Part shown: positions 11,561 to 24,508 of the stretch, in pieces
Position numbering within the stretch: the first letter of the stretch is position 1
Layout of the letters: each line of letters begins with the position of its first letter
Source of the DNA: Somniosus microcephalus
Taxonomy: Eukaryota
DNA length: 64,000 nucleotides
Assembly: GCA_052327205.1 (NCBI GenBank)
Contig: CM126202.1
Location: 171,554,001-171,618,000, forward strand
Direction: 5' to 3'
Translations under genes and position numbers: made by a program
Notes under the pieces: generated by a model
Databases searched by the model: none
What the model was told of the DNA's origin: nothing
The model's input: only the letters and a program-made list of their open reading frames with translations

Positions 11561-12287
11561 GTGGCAGTTTGGAGAACTACCCCCACTGACTAACTTGGCC
11601 ACCGCGGGAGACTCGGACTCGGCAACATTGCCGGTTATTGAGGTGTTGTTTTCGGAGTGAGAATTTTGCCGGTTAATAGAGAATTCCGGATATTTAGGTG
11701 CCATTTAAATGAGAGTTTCCTGTATACTAATTGTGTAGAAACTTCAAACAGTATGCTTGATGAACACCTATGCACATTTGCAGCATTTTCTGTGAATAAA
11801 ATATCTTTCCCCATGCGCCGTCTGCTTTGACTTTGATGAAAGGTTCTACCTAAATCATTAACTTATCTTTTCACTTTCAGATGCTGACATACAATGATTT
11901 CCCAGCAATTTCTGTTTTGACATTTTTTTTCCCTGGAGGAGCTGGAGCTGTCCCTCAGTGGACTTGACATATCCCACTTGTACTAAAAAGATGATCATCT
12001 GTCCTTTAGAAGCCAGGGGAACATTATAGAACTCATTAGGCCTGGAGCAAATTTTATAAATTAATTTTGTCATTATCCACATAGCAGTCAGAGCATCACA
12101 CAATAACAGTGACTGCACTTTGGGATGTCCTGAGGATGTGGTAAAGTTTTATATAAATTAAAATTCTTCATTTTCATTATGAAAGTATGACCAGCAGAAA
12201 TATCTTCCAGGTCAATTACAGCATCCTTGCTCATCTTATGACTTGCCTGTGATTAAATAAATAATTCTCGCATTATATGCATCAAAT

Positions 12288-12405
12288 TAAACTTTTTCCA
12301 GTTGTGGCGAAAGGTCATCGCCCTGAAAAGTTAATTCAGTTTCTCTCTCCACATATGCTGCCTGACCTGCTGAGCATTTCCAGCATCTGCAGTATTTTGC
12401 TTTTA
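12288..12405 (+). mobile_element. Decayed Penelope-type terminal remnant
   Basis: Similar to 52505-52650 (ttccagtt...gaaa.gttaa.tc.gtttctctctccaca.atgc.gcctgacc.gctgag). Confidence 0.65.
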
Positions 12406-12407
12406 AG

Positions 12408-13930
12408 GACATAAGAATTAGGAGCAGGAGTAGGCCATACGGCCCCTCGAGCCTGTACCGCCATACAATAAAATCATGGCTGATCTTTGACCTCAACTCC
12501 ACTTTCCTGCCCAGTCTTTTTTCAATTCGTTTATGGGATGTGGGCCTCGCTGGCAAGGCCAGCAGTTATTGCCCATCCCTAATTGCCCTTGAGAAGGTAG
12601 TGGTGAGCCGCCTTCTTGAACAACTGCAGTCCGTGAAGGTACTCCCACAGTGCTGTTAGGGAGGGAGTTCCAGGATTTTGACCCAGCGATGATGAAGGAT
12701 CGGCGATATATTTCTAAATCAGGATGGTGTGAGATTTGGAGGGGAACTCGGAGGTAGTGGTGTCTCCATGTGCCTGCTGCCCTTGTCCTTCTATCCCCAC
12801 TCTCTGCTTTCTGTCCGTTAACCAATCCTCTATCCTTGCTAATATATTACCACTAACCCCATGAGCCCTTAACTTGCATAGCAACCTTTTATGTGGCACT
12901 TTATCGAATACCTTTTGGAAATCCAAATATACTACATCCACTGGTTCCCCTTTATCTACCCTGCTAGTTACATCCTCAGAAAGCTCTAATAAATTTGTTA
13001 AACATGATTTCCCTTTCATAAAACCATGTTGACTCTTCCTAATCATATTATGATTTTCTAAGTGCCGTTACCACTTCCTTAATAATGGATTTCAGCATTT
13101 TCCCGACAACTGATGTCAGGCTAACTGGCCTGTAGTTCCCTGTTTTCTCTCTCCCTCTTTTCTTTAATACATTTGCTACCTTCTAATCTACTGGGAACGT
13201 TCTAGAATCTAGGGAATTTTGAAAGATCACAACCAATGAATCCATTATTTCTACAGCCACCTCTTTTAGAACCCTCGGAGGTACACCATCAAGTCCAGGG
13301 GATTTGTTGGCTTTCTATCCCATTAGTTTCCCAAGTACTTTTTCTCTGCTGATCTTAATTACTTTAAGGTCCGCACTCTCCTTAGCCCTTTGGTTCCCCA
13401 CTATTTTTGGTATGCTTTTTGTGCCTTCTACTGTGAAGACAGATACAAAATATTTGTTTAAAGACTCTGCCGTTATAATTTCTCCTGTCTCAGCCTCTAA
13501 GGGACCAATGCTTACTTTTGTTGCTCTCTTCCTTTTTTACATACTTGTAGAAGCTCTTACAATCTGTTTTTATATTTTTTGCTAGTTTACTCTCATATTC
13601 TATTGTTTCTATTTTTATTAATTTTTTGGTTATCCTTTGCTGGTTTCTAAAACTCTCCCAACCCTCAGGCTTACTACTATTCTTCACAACATTATAAGCC
13701 TCTTCTTTTAATCTAATACTATCCATAACTTCTTTAGTTAGCCACAGATGGATCACTTTTCCCATGGAGATTTTATTTCTCAATGGAATGCATACTCGTT
13801 GAGAATTTTGGAATATTTCTTTAAATATTTGCCACTGCTTATGTACTGTCATACATTTTAATCTAATTTCCCAATCTAGCTTAGCCAACTCAACCCTCAT
13901 ACCTAAATAATTGGCTTTATTTAAGTCTAA
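12408..13930 (-). mobile_element. LINE cluster: CR1 3' UTR (12408-12515), second LINE family 3' end (12516-12792), CR1 ORF2 fragment (12793-13930)
   Basis: ORF 12714..13046 SQHGFMKGKSCLTNLLE...YLDFQKVFDKVPH; 3' ends match other copies in the window. Confidence 0.85.
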
Positions 13931-14118
13931 GGGCTGGATTTTACCAGCCCTGAGGAGGCGGGTTTGGAGGCAGGACTGATGGGAAAATCAAAAAGAATGG
14001 GAGCGGGTCCTGAACCCGCCTCCAGCCAATTTTCCCGGGAGTCGGGTCCCCGATTTGCGCAGGGACCCGACTCCTCGCGGCGGGAAGAGGATGATAACGA
14101 CTTAACTGCCTGTTAACA
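13931..14118 (-). mobile_element. Partial (right end only) copy of the hairpin-array Harbinger family, copy E
   Basis: TAA|GGGCTGGATTTT TIR, GGAGGCGGG motifs, ends at ttaactgcctgttaaca as in the full copies. Confidence 0.65.
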
Positions 14119-15082
14119 TATTCATTCTTAGGGACATAGCTACAACAGTACAAGCTATAGTCAGATATGGGACTTGCAACGGAAATTAATATTAGTGGGG
14201 ATCATTCAAGCAGCTTCATCACAAGTGGCACTGTTTTGTGTCCATTAATCACGTTTTTTTTTTAAATTACAACTTCATGTTCTTTATTGTATTAACAGTA
14301 CAAACTGATACAGTGAATGAATTAGGGGAGAAAATAATTGGAAAATATAGTTACATTAACTTATATGCAGCCTCAGTCCGTGAAAATTTCTGTGAATGTG
14401 ATGTATATGGAATTTATCAAGTTGGTACCCTGATTGCAATTCTTTTCTTCGTACTGATCTATTACAAATAATGGAATTCCATTGTTTGTTCAATATTTGC
14501 AGCTGTGCTTTCATGATTTCACTAAATTGTGCTTTGTGCTATTTATAATCACTCACTTCGATGCCATCATTCTCAATATGTTTATAAAATTACGAGTCAA
14601 TCTTTTGTGGTGTTACACATGGTAAGTTGGAGAATATGGTTGCTTTCTTATCTATTTTTCAGTCTACATGTTGCTGTTTCTCTGATTCTCCTCTTCTGCT
14701 TCTGTCTCTTTTTTTCTCTTTAGCTTCTTTCTTTTATCATCATCTGCTTCTCTGTATTTTTCATTCCTTTCAGGTGGGAGGTGGTATGGCATGTGTGGCA
14801 GTGAAATCACTCATATTTCTTCAAATCCCTCACTTCCTTTACCCTTCCCACTACCCATTCCCCTTCCTTCAACCCCTCACTCCCGTCACTGCGTCTACCT
14901 CTTCCTCTTTGAACTACCCACTCAACTACTGTATCCTCCCCTCCCCCTTGCTCTGCTGTCATTCACCTCACCCTGAACCACTCATCCACTCCTGCTCGCT
15001 CCCCAATGGAAGGTGGTGAGAAGCCACAGTCCCCTCACCCATAACCAATTTCCCTCCTCTCCTCCCTTCCTATATCTTTTAG

Positions 15083-15455
15083 TAAGAAAGAATGAACTAA
15101 CCTACACTAATGTAGTGCCTTTCACCTCAGGACTTCCCAACACGCTTTACAGTTAATTAAGTACTTTTGCAGTGTTGTAATGTAGGGAAATATGGCACCC
15201 AGTTTAAACACAGCAAGGTCCCACAAACAGCAATGAGATAAATGACCAGATAGTCTGTTTTAGTGATGTTAGCTGAGGGATAAATATTGGCCAGCACAAT
15301 GGGAGAACTCCCTGCTTTTCTTTGACAAGTGTGATGGGATCTTTTACATCCAACAAGGAGAGCATGTGGGGCCTCTGTTTAACATCTCATCAGAAAGACG
15401 CCACCTTTAACAGTACATTCCTCCATCAGTACTGCACTGGAGTCTCAGTTTAGAA
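15083..15455 (-). mobile_element. Deu-domain SINE (SacSINE1-like), head truncated
   Basis: Deu core ctcatcagaaagacgccacc...cagtactgcactggag and L2-type tail; homologous to 34118-34545. Confidence 0.7.
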
Positions 15456-15464
15456 TGTTTATTT

Positions 15465-18400
15465 TTTTGGTCGTTCCTGGGATGTGCGCGTTGCTGGCAA
15501 GGCCAGCATTTATTGCCTATCCCTAATTGCCCTCGAGAAGGTGGTGGTGAGCTGCCTTCTTCAACCACTGCAGTCCTTGTGGTGAAGGTACTCCCATAGT
15601 GCTGTTAGGGAGGGAGTTCCAGGATTTTGATCCAGCGATGATGAAGGCACAGCGATATATTTCCAAGTCAGGATGGTGTGTGACTTGGACGTGATGGTGT
15701 TCCCATGCGCCTGCTGCCCTTGTCCTTCTAGGTGGAAGAAGCCTTGGTGAGTTGCTGTAGTGCATCTTGTAGATGATACACACTGCAGCCACAGTGTGCC
15801 GGTGGTGCAGAGAGTGAATATTTAAGTTGGTGGATGGGATGCCAATCAAGCAGGCTGCTTTGTCCTGGATGGTGTTGAGCTTCTTGAGTGTTGTTGGAGC
15901 TGCACTTATCCAGGCAAATGGAGAGTTTTCCATCACACTCCTGGCGTGTGCCTTGTAGATGGTGGAAAGGCTTTGCAGAGTCAGGTGGTGAGACACTCGC
16001 CGCAGAATACCCAGCCTGGCTGGACCAGTTAAGTTTCTGGTCAATGGTGATCCCCAGGATGTTGATGGTGGGGGATAGGGGCGGTGGTTAGACTCTCTCT
16101 TGTTGGAGATAGTCATTGCCTGGCATTTCTGTGGGGCGAATGTTACTTGCCACTTATCAGATGAATTGAAGGTGTTGATAAACACATGGGAGTATGATAT
16201 TGTTGCTATCACAGAGACATGGTTGAGGGAGGGGCAGGACTGGCAGCTCAATATTCCGGGGTATAGAATCTTCAGGCGAGACAGAGTGGGGTGTAAAAGA
16301 GGAGGGGGTGTCGCAATATTAATCAAGGAGTCAATTACTGCTGTAAGGAGGGATGATATCTTAGCAGGTTCCTCTAATGAGGCCATAGGGGTAGAACTTA
16401 AAAACAAAAAGGGGGCAAGCACTTTGCTGGGAGTGCACTATAGGCCCCCAAACAGTCAGGGGGAGATAGAGGAACAGATATGTAGGCAAATCTCAGAGAA
16501 GTGTAGAAATAATAGGGTTAACAATAGTAGGGGATTTCAACTTCCCCAATATTAACTGGGATAGTCAGAGTGTGAAAGGCTTAGAGGGTGCGGAATTCTT
16601 AAAGTGCATCCAGGAGAGCTTTTTGAGCCAGCATGTAGAAAGTCCTACAAGAGGGGGGGGGGGGGGGGTACTGGACCTAATTCTAGGGAATGTAGCCAGG
16701 CAAGTGGTAGAAGTGCCATTGGAGAGCATTTTGGTGACAGTGACCATAATTCGGTGAGATATAAGGTAGTCATGGAAAAGGACAAAGGTGGACCGGAAAT
16801 AAAGGTTCTAAATTGGGGGAAGACCGATTTTAATATGATAAGGCAGGATCTGGCCAAAGTGCACTGGGATCAGCTACTTGTAGGAAAATCCACATCAGAA
16901 CAGTGGGAGTCATTCAGAAAGGAAATAGAGAGAGTACAGCGCCAACTCCCGTAAAGGTCAAGGGTGGGACCAACAAGTCAAGGGAACCCTGGATGTCAAG
17001 GGATATACAAGAATGGATTAGGAAAAAAAGGGAGGCTTTTGACAGATACAAAGGACTAAAAACAGTGGAAGCCCTAGAGGAGTATAGAAAATGCAGGGGG
17101 GTATTAAAAAAGAAATTAGGAGAGCGAAGAGGAGGCATGAAAAAACACTGGCGGGCAAAATAAAGGAAAATCCCAAGGTGTTTATAAGTATATTAAGGGC
17201 AAGAGGATAACCAGGGAAAGAGTAGGGCCCATTAGGGACCAAAGTGGCAATCTATGTGTAGAGCCGGAAGATGTAGGGATTGTGATATACTTGAACAAAT
17301 TAACATCGAGAGGGAGGAGATACTAGCGGTTTTAGCGGGCTTAAAAGTGGATAAATCCCTAGGCCCAGACAAGATGTATCCCAGGCTGCTGTGTGAGGCA
17401 AGGAAGGAGATTGCAGGGGCTCTGACACAAATTTTCAGAACCTCTCTGGCCACAGGGGAGGTGCCAGAGGACTGGAGGACAGCTAACATAGTACCATTAT
17501 TCAAGAAGGGTAGTAGGGATAAACCAGGGAATTACAGGCCAGTGAGCCTAACATCAGTGGTAGGGAAATTATGGGAAAAAATTCTGAGGGACAGAATTAG
17601 TCTCCACTTGGAGAGGCAAGGATTCATCAAGGATAGTCAGCATGGCTTTGTCAGGGGGAGATCATGTCTAACCAATTTGATTGAATTTTTCGAGGGGGTG
17701 ACTAGGTGTGTGGATGAGGGTAGCGCAGTTGATGTAGTCTACATGGACTTCAGTAAGGCTTTTGACAAAGTCCCGCATGGGAGACTGGTCAAGAAGGTAA
17801 GAGCCCATGGGATCCAGGGCAATTTGACACATTGGATCCAAAATTGGCTTAGTGGCAGGAGGCAGAGGGTGATGGTCGAAGGTTGTTTTTGTGACTGGAA
17901 GCCTATGTCCAGTGGTGTACCACAGGGATCGGTGCTGGGTCCTTTGCTGTTTGTAGTGTGCATTAATGATTTAGATATGAATGTAGGAGGTATGATCAGT
18001 AAGTTCGCAGATGAAACGAAAATTGGTGGAGTGGTAAATAGCAAGGAGGGAAGCCTCAGGCTACAGGACGATATAGACGGGTTGCTCAGATGGGCAGATT
18101 AGTGGCAAATGGAATTTAACCCTGAAAAGTGTGAGGTGATGCATTTTGGGAGGACTAACAAGGCAAGGGAATACACAATGAATGGTAGGACCCTAGGAAG
18201 GACAGAGGATCAGAAGGACCTTGGTGCGCATGTACATAGATCCCTGAAGGCAGCAGGACAGGTAGATAAGGTGGTTAAGAAGGCATATGGGATACTTGCC
18301 TTCATTAGCCAAGGCACAGAATATAAGAGCAGGGAGGTTATGATGGAGCTGTACAAAACGCTAGTTAGGCCACAGCTGGAATACTGTGTGCAGTTCTGGT

Positions 18401-19620
18401 CGCCACACTATAGGAAGGATGTGATTGCATTAGAGAGGGTGCAGAGAAGATTCACCAGGATGTTACCTGGGCTGGAGCATTTCAGCTATGAAGAGAGACT
18501 GGACAGGCTGGGGTTGTTTTCCTTAGAGCAGAGAAGGCTGAGGGGGGACCTGACTGAGTGGTACAAAATTATGAGGGGCATAGATAGGGTAGATAGAAAT
18601 GAACTTTTCCCCTTAGTAGAGGGGTCAATAACCAGGGGGCATAGTTTCAAGGTAAGGGGCAGGAGATTTAGAGGGGATTTGAGGAAAACCTTTTCACCCA
18701 GAGGGTGGTTGGAATCTGGAACTCACTGCCTGAAAGGGTGGTAGAGGCAGGAACCCTCACAACATTCAAGAAGCATTTAGATGAGCACTTGAAACGCCAT
18801 AGCACACAAGGCTACGGACCAAGTGCTGGAAAATGGGATTAGAATAGATAGGGCCTGATGGCCGGCGCAGACACAATGGGCCGAAGGGCCTCTTTCTGTG
18901 CTGTATAACTCTCTCTCTCTCTATTATCAGCCCAAGCCTGAATGTCATCCAGGTCTTGTTGCATGCGGGCATGAACTACTTCACTATCTGAGGAGTTGCG
19001 AATGGAACTGAACACTGCAATCATCAGCAAACATCCCTACTTCTGACCTTATGATGGTGAGAAGATCATTGATGAGCAGCTGAAGACGTTTGGGCCTGGG
19101 ACACTGCCCTGAGGATCTCCTGCAGTGATGACCTGGAGCTGTGATGATTGGTCTCCAACAACCACAACCTTGTGCTAGGTATGACTCCAGCCAGTAGAGA
19201 GTTTTCCCCCTGATTCCCATTGACTTCAATTTTACTGGGGTTCCTTGATGCCACACTCAGTCAAATGCTGCCTTAATATCAAAGGCAGTCACGCTCACCT
19301 CACCTCTGGAATTCAGCTCTTTTGTCCATATTTGGACCAAGGCTGTAATGAGGTCTGGAGCCGCGTGATCCTGGCAGAACCCAAATTGAGCATCGGTGAG
19401 CAGATTATTGGTAAGTCAGTGGCGCTTGGTAGCACTGTCGATGACACCTTCCATTACTTTGCTGATGATTGAGAGTAGACTGCTGGGGTGGTAACTGGCC
19501 AGATTGGATTTGTCCTGCTTTTTGTGGACAGGACATACCTGGGCAGCTTTCTACATTTTTGGTTAGATGCAGTGTTGTAGCTCTACTAGAACAGCTTGGC
19601 TAGAGGCACAGCTAGTTCTG
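15465..19620 (-). mobile_element. Second non-LTR LINE family (CR1/L2 group), split by a CR1 insertion
   Basis: Pieces 15465-16160 and 18924-19620 join in register (MFADDC...DKWQVTFAPQKCQAMTIS...STIYKA...NTIQDKAACLIG). Confidence 0.8.
16161..18923 (+). mobile_element. CR1 LINE ORF2 (endonuclease plus RT), frameshifted, 5'-truncated
   Basis: AITETWL, SDHN, QGSVLGP, KFADETK, YCVQFWSP; (CT)n tail; 7-bp TSD TTATCAG at 16154-16160 and 18924-18930. Confidence 0.93.
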
Positions 19621-20220
19621 GAGTAGTTTTGGTGAGGGGAGCAGGGCCTGATGGTGCTTGATTTGGTCCAGCCCGATATGGTGATGAATGGATAAACCGG
19701 TGGTGCAACATAAACTCTGCCTCTTGGACTTAGGAGAGCGAAGATGAGAGCTGTACCATAGGGAAGGACCAGGGTGGGCGACAGTAAGGGGTTTACTGGG
19801 GGCAAGAGCATTAAAGGCAGAGGTGAGAGAGTGATTGAGCAAGGAGAGCAGGGACTTCTTTATCATTAAGATTTAGATCATCCGTTCAGCTGTTACTGCC
19901 GCATCACTCTCTTCCCCTTGCCCACAAAGCCAAAATTCCCCAAAGGCTACCCTCTACCCTGGTCCCGAACTAGCATCTTTCTGCAGTTTCTCTCTTTTCA
20001 CCTCATTTGCCCTTTCCAAGCTCGTCTTGTCCATTAGAATCACCTCCTGCTCTCTCGTTCCTATTCCCACTAAAGCGCTTACCACCCAAATTCCCTTCCT
20101 GGTTCCCAGGCTAGATGACATTGTAAATGGTTCCATCTCCTCAGGTACAGTCTCTCTCCTTCCTTCAAAAAGTAATCTCGACTCCTCTGTCGTTGCAAAC
20201 TACTCCCCCATCTCCAACCT

Positions 20221-23200
20221 CATAGAAGATAGGAGCAGGAGTAGGCCATTCGGTCCCTCTAGCCTGCTCCGCCATTTAATGAGATCATGGCTGATCATCC
20301 AAATTCAGTACCCTGTCCCTGCTTTCTCCCCATATCCCTTGATCCCTTTAGCCTTAAGAAATATATCTAACTCCTTCTTGAATATATTTAATGAATTGGC
20401 CTCAACTGCCTTTTGTGGTAGAGAATTCCACAGGTTCACCACTCTCTGGGTGAAGAAATTCCTCTTCATCTCTGTCCTAAATGGCTTACCCCTTATCTTT
20501 AGACTGTGACTCTTGGTTCTGGACACCCCTGCCATCAGGAACATCCTTCCTGCATCTAGTCTGTCTAGTCCTGTTAGAATTTTATAAGTTTCAATGAGAC
20601 CCCCTCTCATTCTTCTAAACTCCAGCGAATATAAGCCCAATCGACCCAATCTCTCCTCATACGTCATTCCTGCCATCCCAGGTATCAGTCTGGTGAATCT
20701 TCGCTGCACTCCCTCCGTGGCAAGAACATCCTTCCTCAGATAAGGCGACCAAAACTGCACACAATACTCAAGGTGTGGTCTCACCAAGGACCTGTACAAC
20801 TGCAGCAAGACATCCTTGCTCCTGTACTCGAATCCTCTTGCTATGAAGGCCAACATACCATTTGCCTTCTTAACCGCCTGCTGCACCTGCATGCTTACCT
20901 TCAGCGACTGGTGCACAAGGACACCCAGGTCTCGTTGCACTTCCCTTTCTCCCAATCTATTGCCATTTAGATAATAATCTGCCTTCCTGTTTTTGCCACC
21001 AAAGTGGATAACCTCGCATTTATCCACATTATACTGCATCTGCCATGCATCTGCCCAATCACCCAACCTGTCCAAATCATACTGGAGTTTCTCGACATCC
21101 TCCTCACAGCACACACGCCCACCCAGCTTTGTGTCGTCTGCAAACTTGGAGATATTACATCTAGTTCCCTCATCTAGATCATTTATATATATTGTGAATA
21201 GCTGGGGTCCTAGCACCGATCCCTGCGGTACCCCACTAGTCACTGCCTGCCACTCGGAAAAAGACCCATTTATTCCAACTCTTTGCTTCCTGTCTGCCAA
21301 CCAGTTCTCTATCAAAGTCAGTACCTTACCCCCAATCCCATGTGCTTTAACTTTACATGCTAACCTCTTATGTGGGACTTTATCGAAAGCCTTCTGAAAG
21401 TCCAAATACACCACATCCACTGGTTCTCCCTTATCTATTCTACCAGTTACATCCTCAAAAAATTCCAGTAGATTAGTCAAGCACGATTTACCTTTTGTAA
21501 ATCCATGTTGACTTTGTCCGATATTGTCACTGTTTTCCAAGTGCTCTGCTATTACATCTTTTATAATGGACTCTAGTATTTTCCCCACTGCTGATATCAG
21601 GCTTACCGGTCTATAATTCCCCATTTTCTCTCTACCACCTTTTTTGAATAGTGGAATTACATTAGTTACCCTCCAATCCATGGGAACTGTTCCAGAGTCT
21701 ATAGAATTTTGGAAGATGACCAGCAATGCATCTACTATTTCTAGGGCCACTTCCTTAAGTACCCTAGGATGTAGATTATCAGGCCCTGGGGATTTATCGG
21801 CCTTCAATCCTGTCAATTTTCCTAACACCATTTCCCTACAAATACTGATTTCATTCAGTTCCTCCCTCTCATTAGACCCTATGTTGCCCGACATCTCTGG
21901 GAGGTTATTTGTGTCCTCCTTTGTGAAGACAGAACCAAAGTATGTATTTAATTGGTCTGCCATTTCTTTGTTCCCCATTATAAATTCCCCTGATTCTGAC
22001 TGCAAGGGACCTATGCTTGACTTCACCAATCTTTTTCTCTTCACATATCTATAGAAGCTTTTAGAGTCACTTTTTATGTTCCCTGCAGGCTTACTCTCAT
22101 ACTCTATTTCTCCCTCTTAATTAATCCCTTTGTCCTCCTTTGCTGAATCCTAAACTGCTCCCAGTCCTCAGGTTTGCTGCTTTTTCTGGCCAATTTGTAT
22201 GTCCTTTCCTTGGATCTTATGCTAGCCCTAATTTCCCTTGCTAGCTACGGTTGAGTCACCTTTTTTGTTTTATTTTTATGCCAAACAGGGATGAACAAAT
22301 TCTGTAGTTTATCCATGCGATCTTTAAATGTTTGCCATTGCCTATCCACCGTCAACCCTTTAAGTAACATTCCCCAATCCATCCTAGCCAACTCGCGCCT
22401 CATACCATCGTAGTTTCCTTTATTTAAATTCAGGACCCTAGTCTCCGAGTCAAATACTTCACTCTCCATCTTAATGAAGAATTCTATCATATTATGATCG
22501 CTCCGCCCAAAGGGGCCTCGCACAACAAGATTGCTAATTTAATCCTTTCTCATTACATAATACTCAGTCTAAGATGGCCTGATCTCTAGTTGGTTCCTCG
22601 ACATATTGATCCAGGAAACCATTCCGTATACTCTCAGAATTCCTCCTCCACAGTATTGTTACTAATTTGGTTAGCCCAATCTATATGTAGATTAAAGTCA
22701 CCCATGATAACTGTTGTGCTCTTATTGCACGCATCTCTAATTTCCTGTTTAATGCCATCCCCAACCTCTGCATTACTGTTTGGGGGGTCTGTATACAACT
22801 CCCACTAATGTTTTCTGCCCCTTGGTATTTCTCAGCTCTACCCATACAGATTCCACATCATCAGAGCTAATATCCTTCCTTACTATTGTGTTAATCTCCT
22901 CTTTAACCAGCAATGCTACCCCACCTCCTTTTCCTTTTTGCCTGTCTTTCCTGAATATTGAATATTCCTGGATGTTGAATTCCCAGCCTTGGTCACCCTG
23001 GAGCCATGTCTCCGTAATCCCAATTATATCATATCCGTTTACATCTATTTGCGCAGCTAATTCATGCACCTTATTACGAATGCTCCTTGCATTAAGACAC
23101 AAAGCCTTCAGGGTTTTTTTTTCTTTTTTTTAACACTCTTAGACCTTTTAGAATTATTATTTACTGTAGCCCTGTTTGGTTTAAACCCTTGATTTCTCTG

Positions 23201-24431
23201 ACTGCCACCTTTGCTTTTCTCCTTCCTGTCCTTTGCTTCTATCCTTGCTTCCCTTTCCTCTGTCTCCCTGCTCAGGTTCCCAACCCCCTGCCATTTTAGT
23301 TTAAACCCCCCCCCCCCCACAGCACTAGCAAACACTCCCCCTAGGACATCGGTCCCGGTCCTGCCCAGGTGCAAACTGTCCAGTTTGTACTGGTCCCACC
23401 TCCCCCAGAACCGGTTCCAATGTCCTAGGAATTTGAATCCCTCCCCCTTGCACCATTCCTCTAGCCACGTATTCATCTGAAATATCCTTCTATTTCTACT
23501 CTGACTAGCATGTGGCACTGGTAGCAATCCTGAGGCTACTACTTTTGAGGTCTTACTTTTTAATTTACCTCCTAACTCCCTATATTCAGCTTTTAGGACC
23601 TCATCCCAGTTTTTACCTATATTGTTGGTACCTATATGCACCACGACAAATGGCTTTTCACCCTCCCCCTCCAGAATGCCCTGCAGCCGTTCCGAGACAT
23701 CCTTGACCCTTGCACCAGGGAGGCAACATACCATCCTGGAGTCTTGTTTGCGGCCGCAGAAATGCCTATCTATTCCCCTTACAATAGAATCCCCTATCAC
23801 TATAGCTCTCCCGCTTTTTCCTCCCATCGTGTGCAGCAGAACCACCCACGGTGCCAGGAAGTTGGCTGCTGCTGCTTTTCCCCGATAAGCCATCTCCCTC
23901 AACAATATCCAAATTGGTGTATCTGTTTGAGAGGGGGATGGCCACAGGGGACCCCTGCACTACCTGCCTGCGCCTACTACTCTGCCTGGTGGTCACGCAT
24001 TCCCTTCCTGCCTGTGCAGCCTTTACCTGCGGTGTGACCAACTCCCTAAACGTGCTATCAACGATGTCCTCAGCATCGCTAATGCTCCAGTATGTATCCA
24101 TTCGCAGCTCCAGCGCCGCAATGCGGTCTGTCAGTAGCTGCAGCTGGACACACTTCCCGCACACATGGTCGTCAAGGATACAGGAAGTGTCCCTGATTTC
24201 CCACATACCGCAGGAGGAGCATGCCACGGGGCCGAGCTGTCCTGCCATGACTTACCCTTTAATTAATTTAAATCAAATCAATACCACTAATTACACTACA
24301 ATTAAATGACACACTCAAGGGCACTTGGTTACTAGCACTCCCCGATACACAACAGAGACCTTAGAAACTATAACCACTAAAATTAAGACCTTCTAAATTT
24401 TATAAACTATTCATCTTAACTGTCAAACTAT
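20221..24431 (-). mobile_element. Near full-length CR1 LINE (ORF1 zinc finger plus SGNH esterase; ORF2 endonuclease plus RT)
   Basis: ORF1 MAGQLGPVACSSCGMWE...CGKC, GDSIVRG, CLPGA, HIGTN (frameshifted). ORF2 CLNARS, GITETWL, SDHN, then a 579-aa open RT (20305..22044) with KFADDTK. Confidence 0.95.
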
Positions 24432-24508
24432 AACTCGGCGTTCCTCGAATTCTGGCCTCTTGTGTTTCCCCCACTCCCTTCACCCCACAATTGTCATCCA
24501 TGCCTTCA
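24432..24508 (+). repeat. 77-bp local duplicate of 25593-25669 at the CR1 5' junction
   Basis: aactcggcgttcctc...catccatgccttca, 3 mismatches. Confidence 0.9.

Larger units (their letters stand above)
5463..11722. mobile_element. Tc1/mariner-pogo (Tigger-like) MITE of about 530 bp, split by the Gypsy insertion
   Basis: TA|CAGGAAACTCT at 5461-5473 and AGAGTTTCCTG|TA at 11712-11724; subterminal gccggtt...aattccggat motifs at both ends. Confidence 0.75.

Noticed and set aside
11561-11565. GTGGC after the 3' LTR equals the bases after the 5' LTR, suggesting a tandem element
   Set aside because: The match stops after 5 nt and GTGGC also precedes the 5' LTR, so it is the TSD.
14627-15075. 130-aa ORF in pyrimidine-rich sequence
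   Set aside because: Low-complexity sequence with no domain or splice support.
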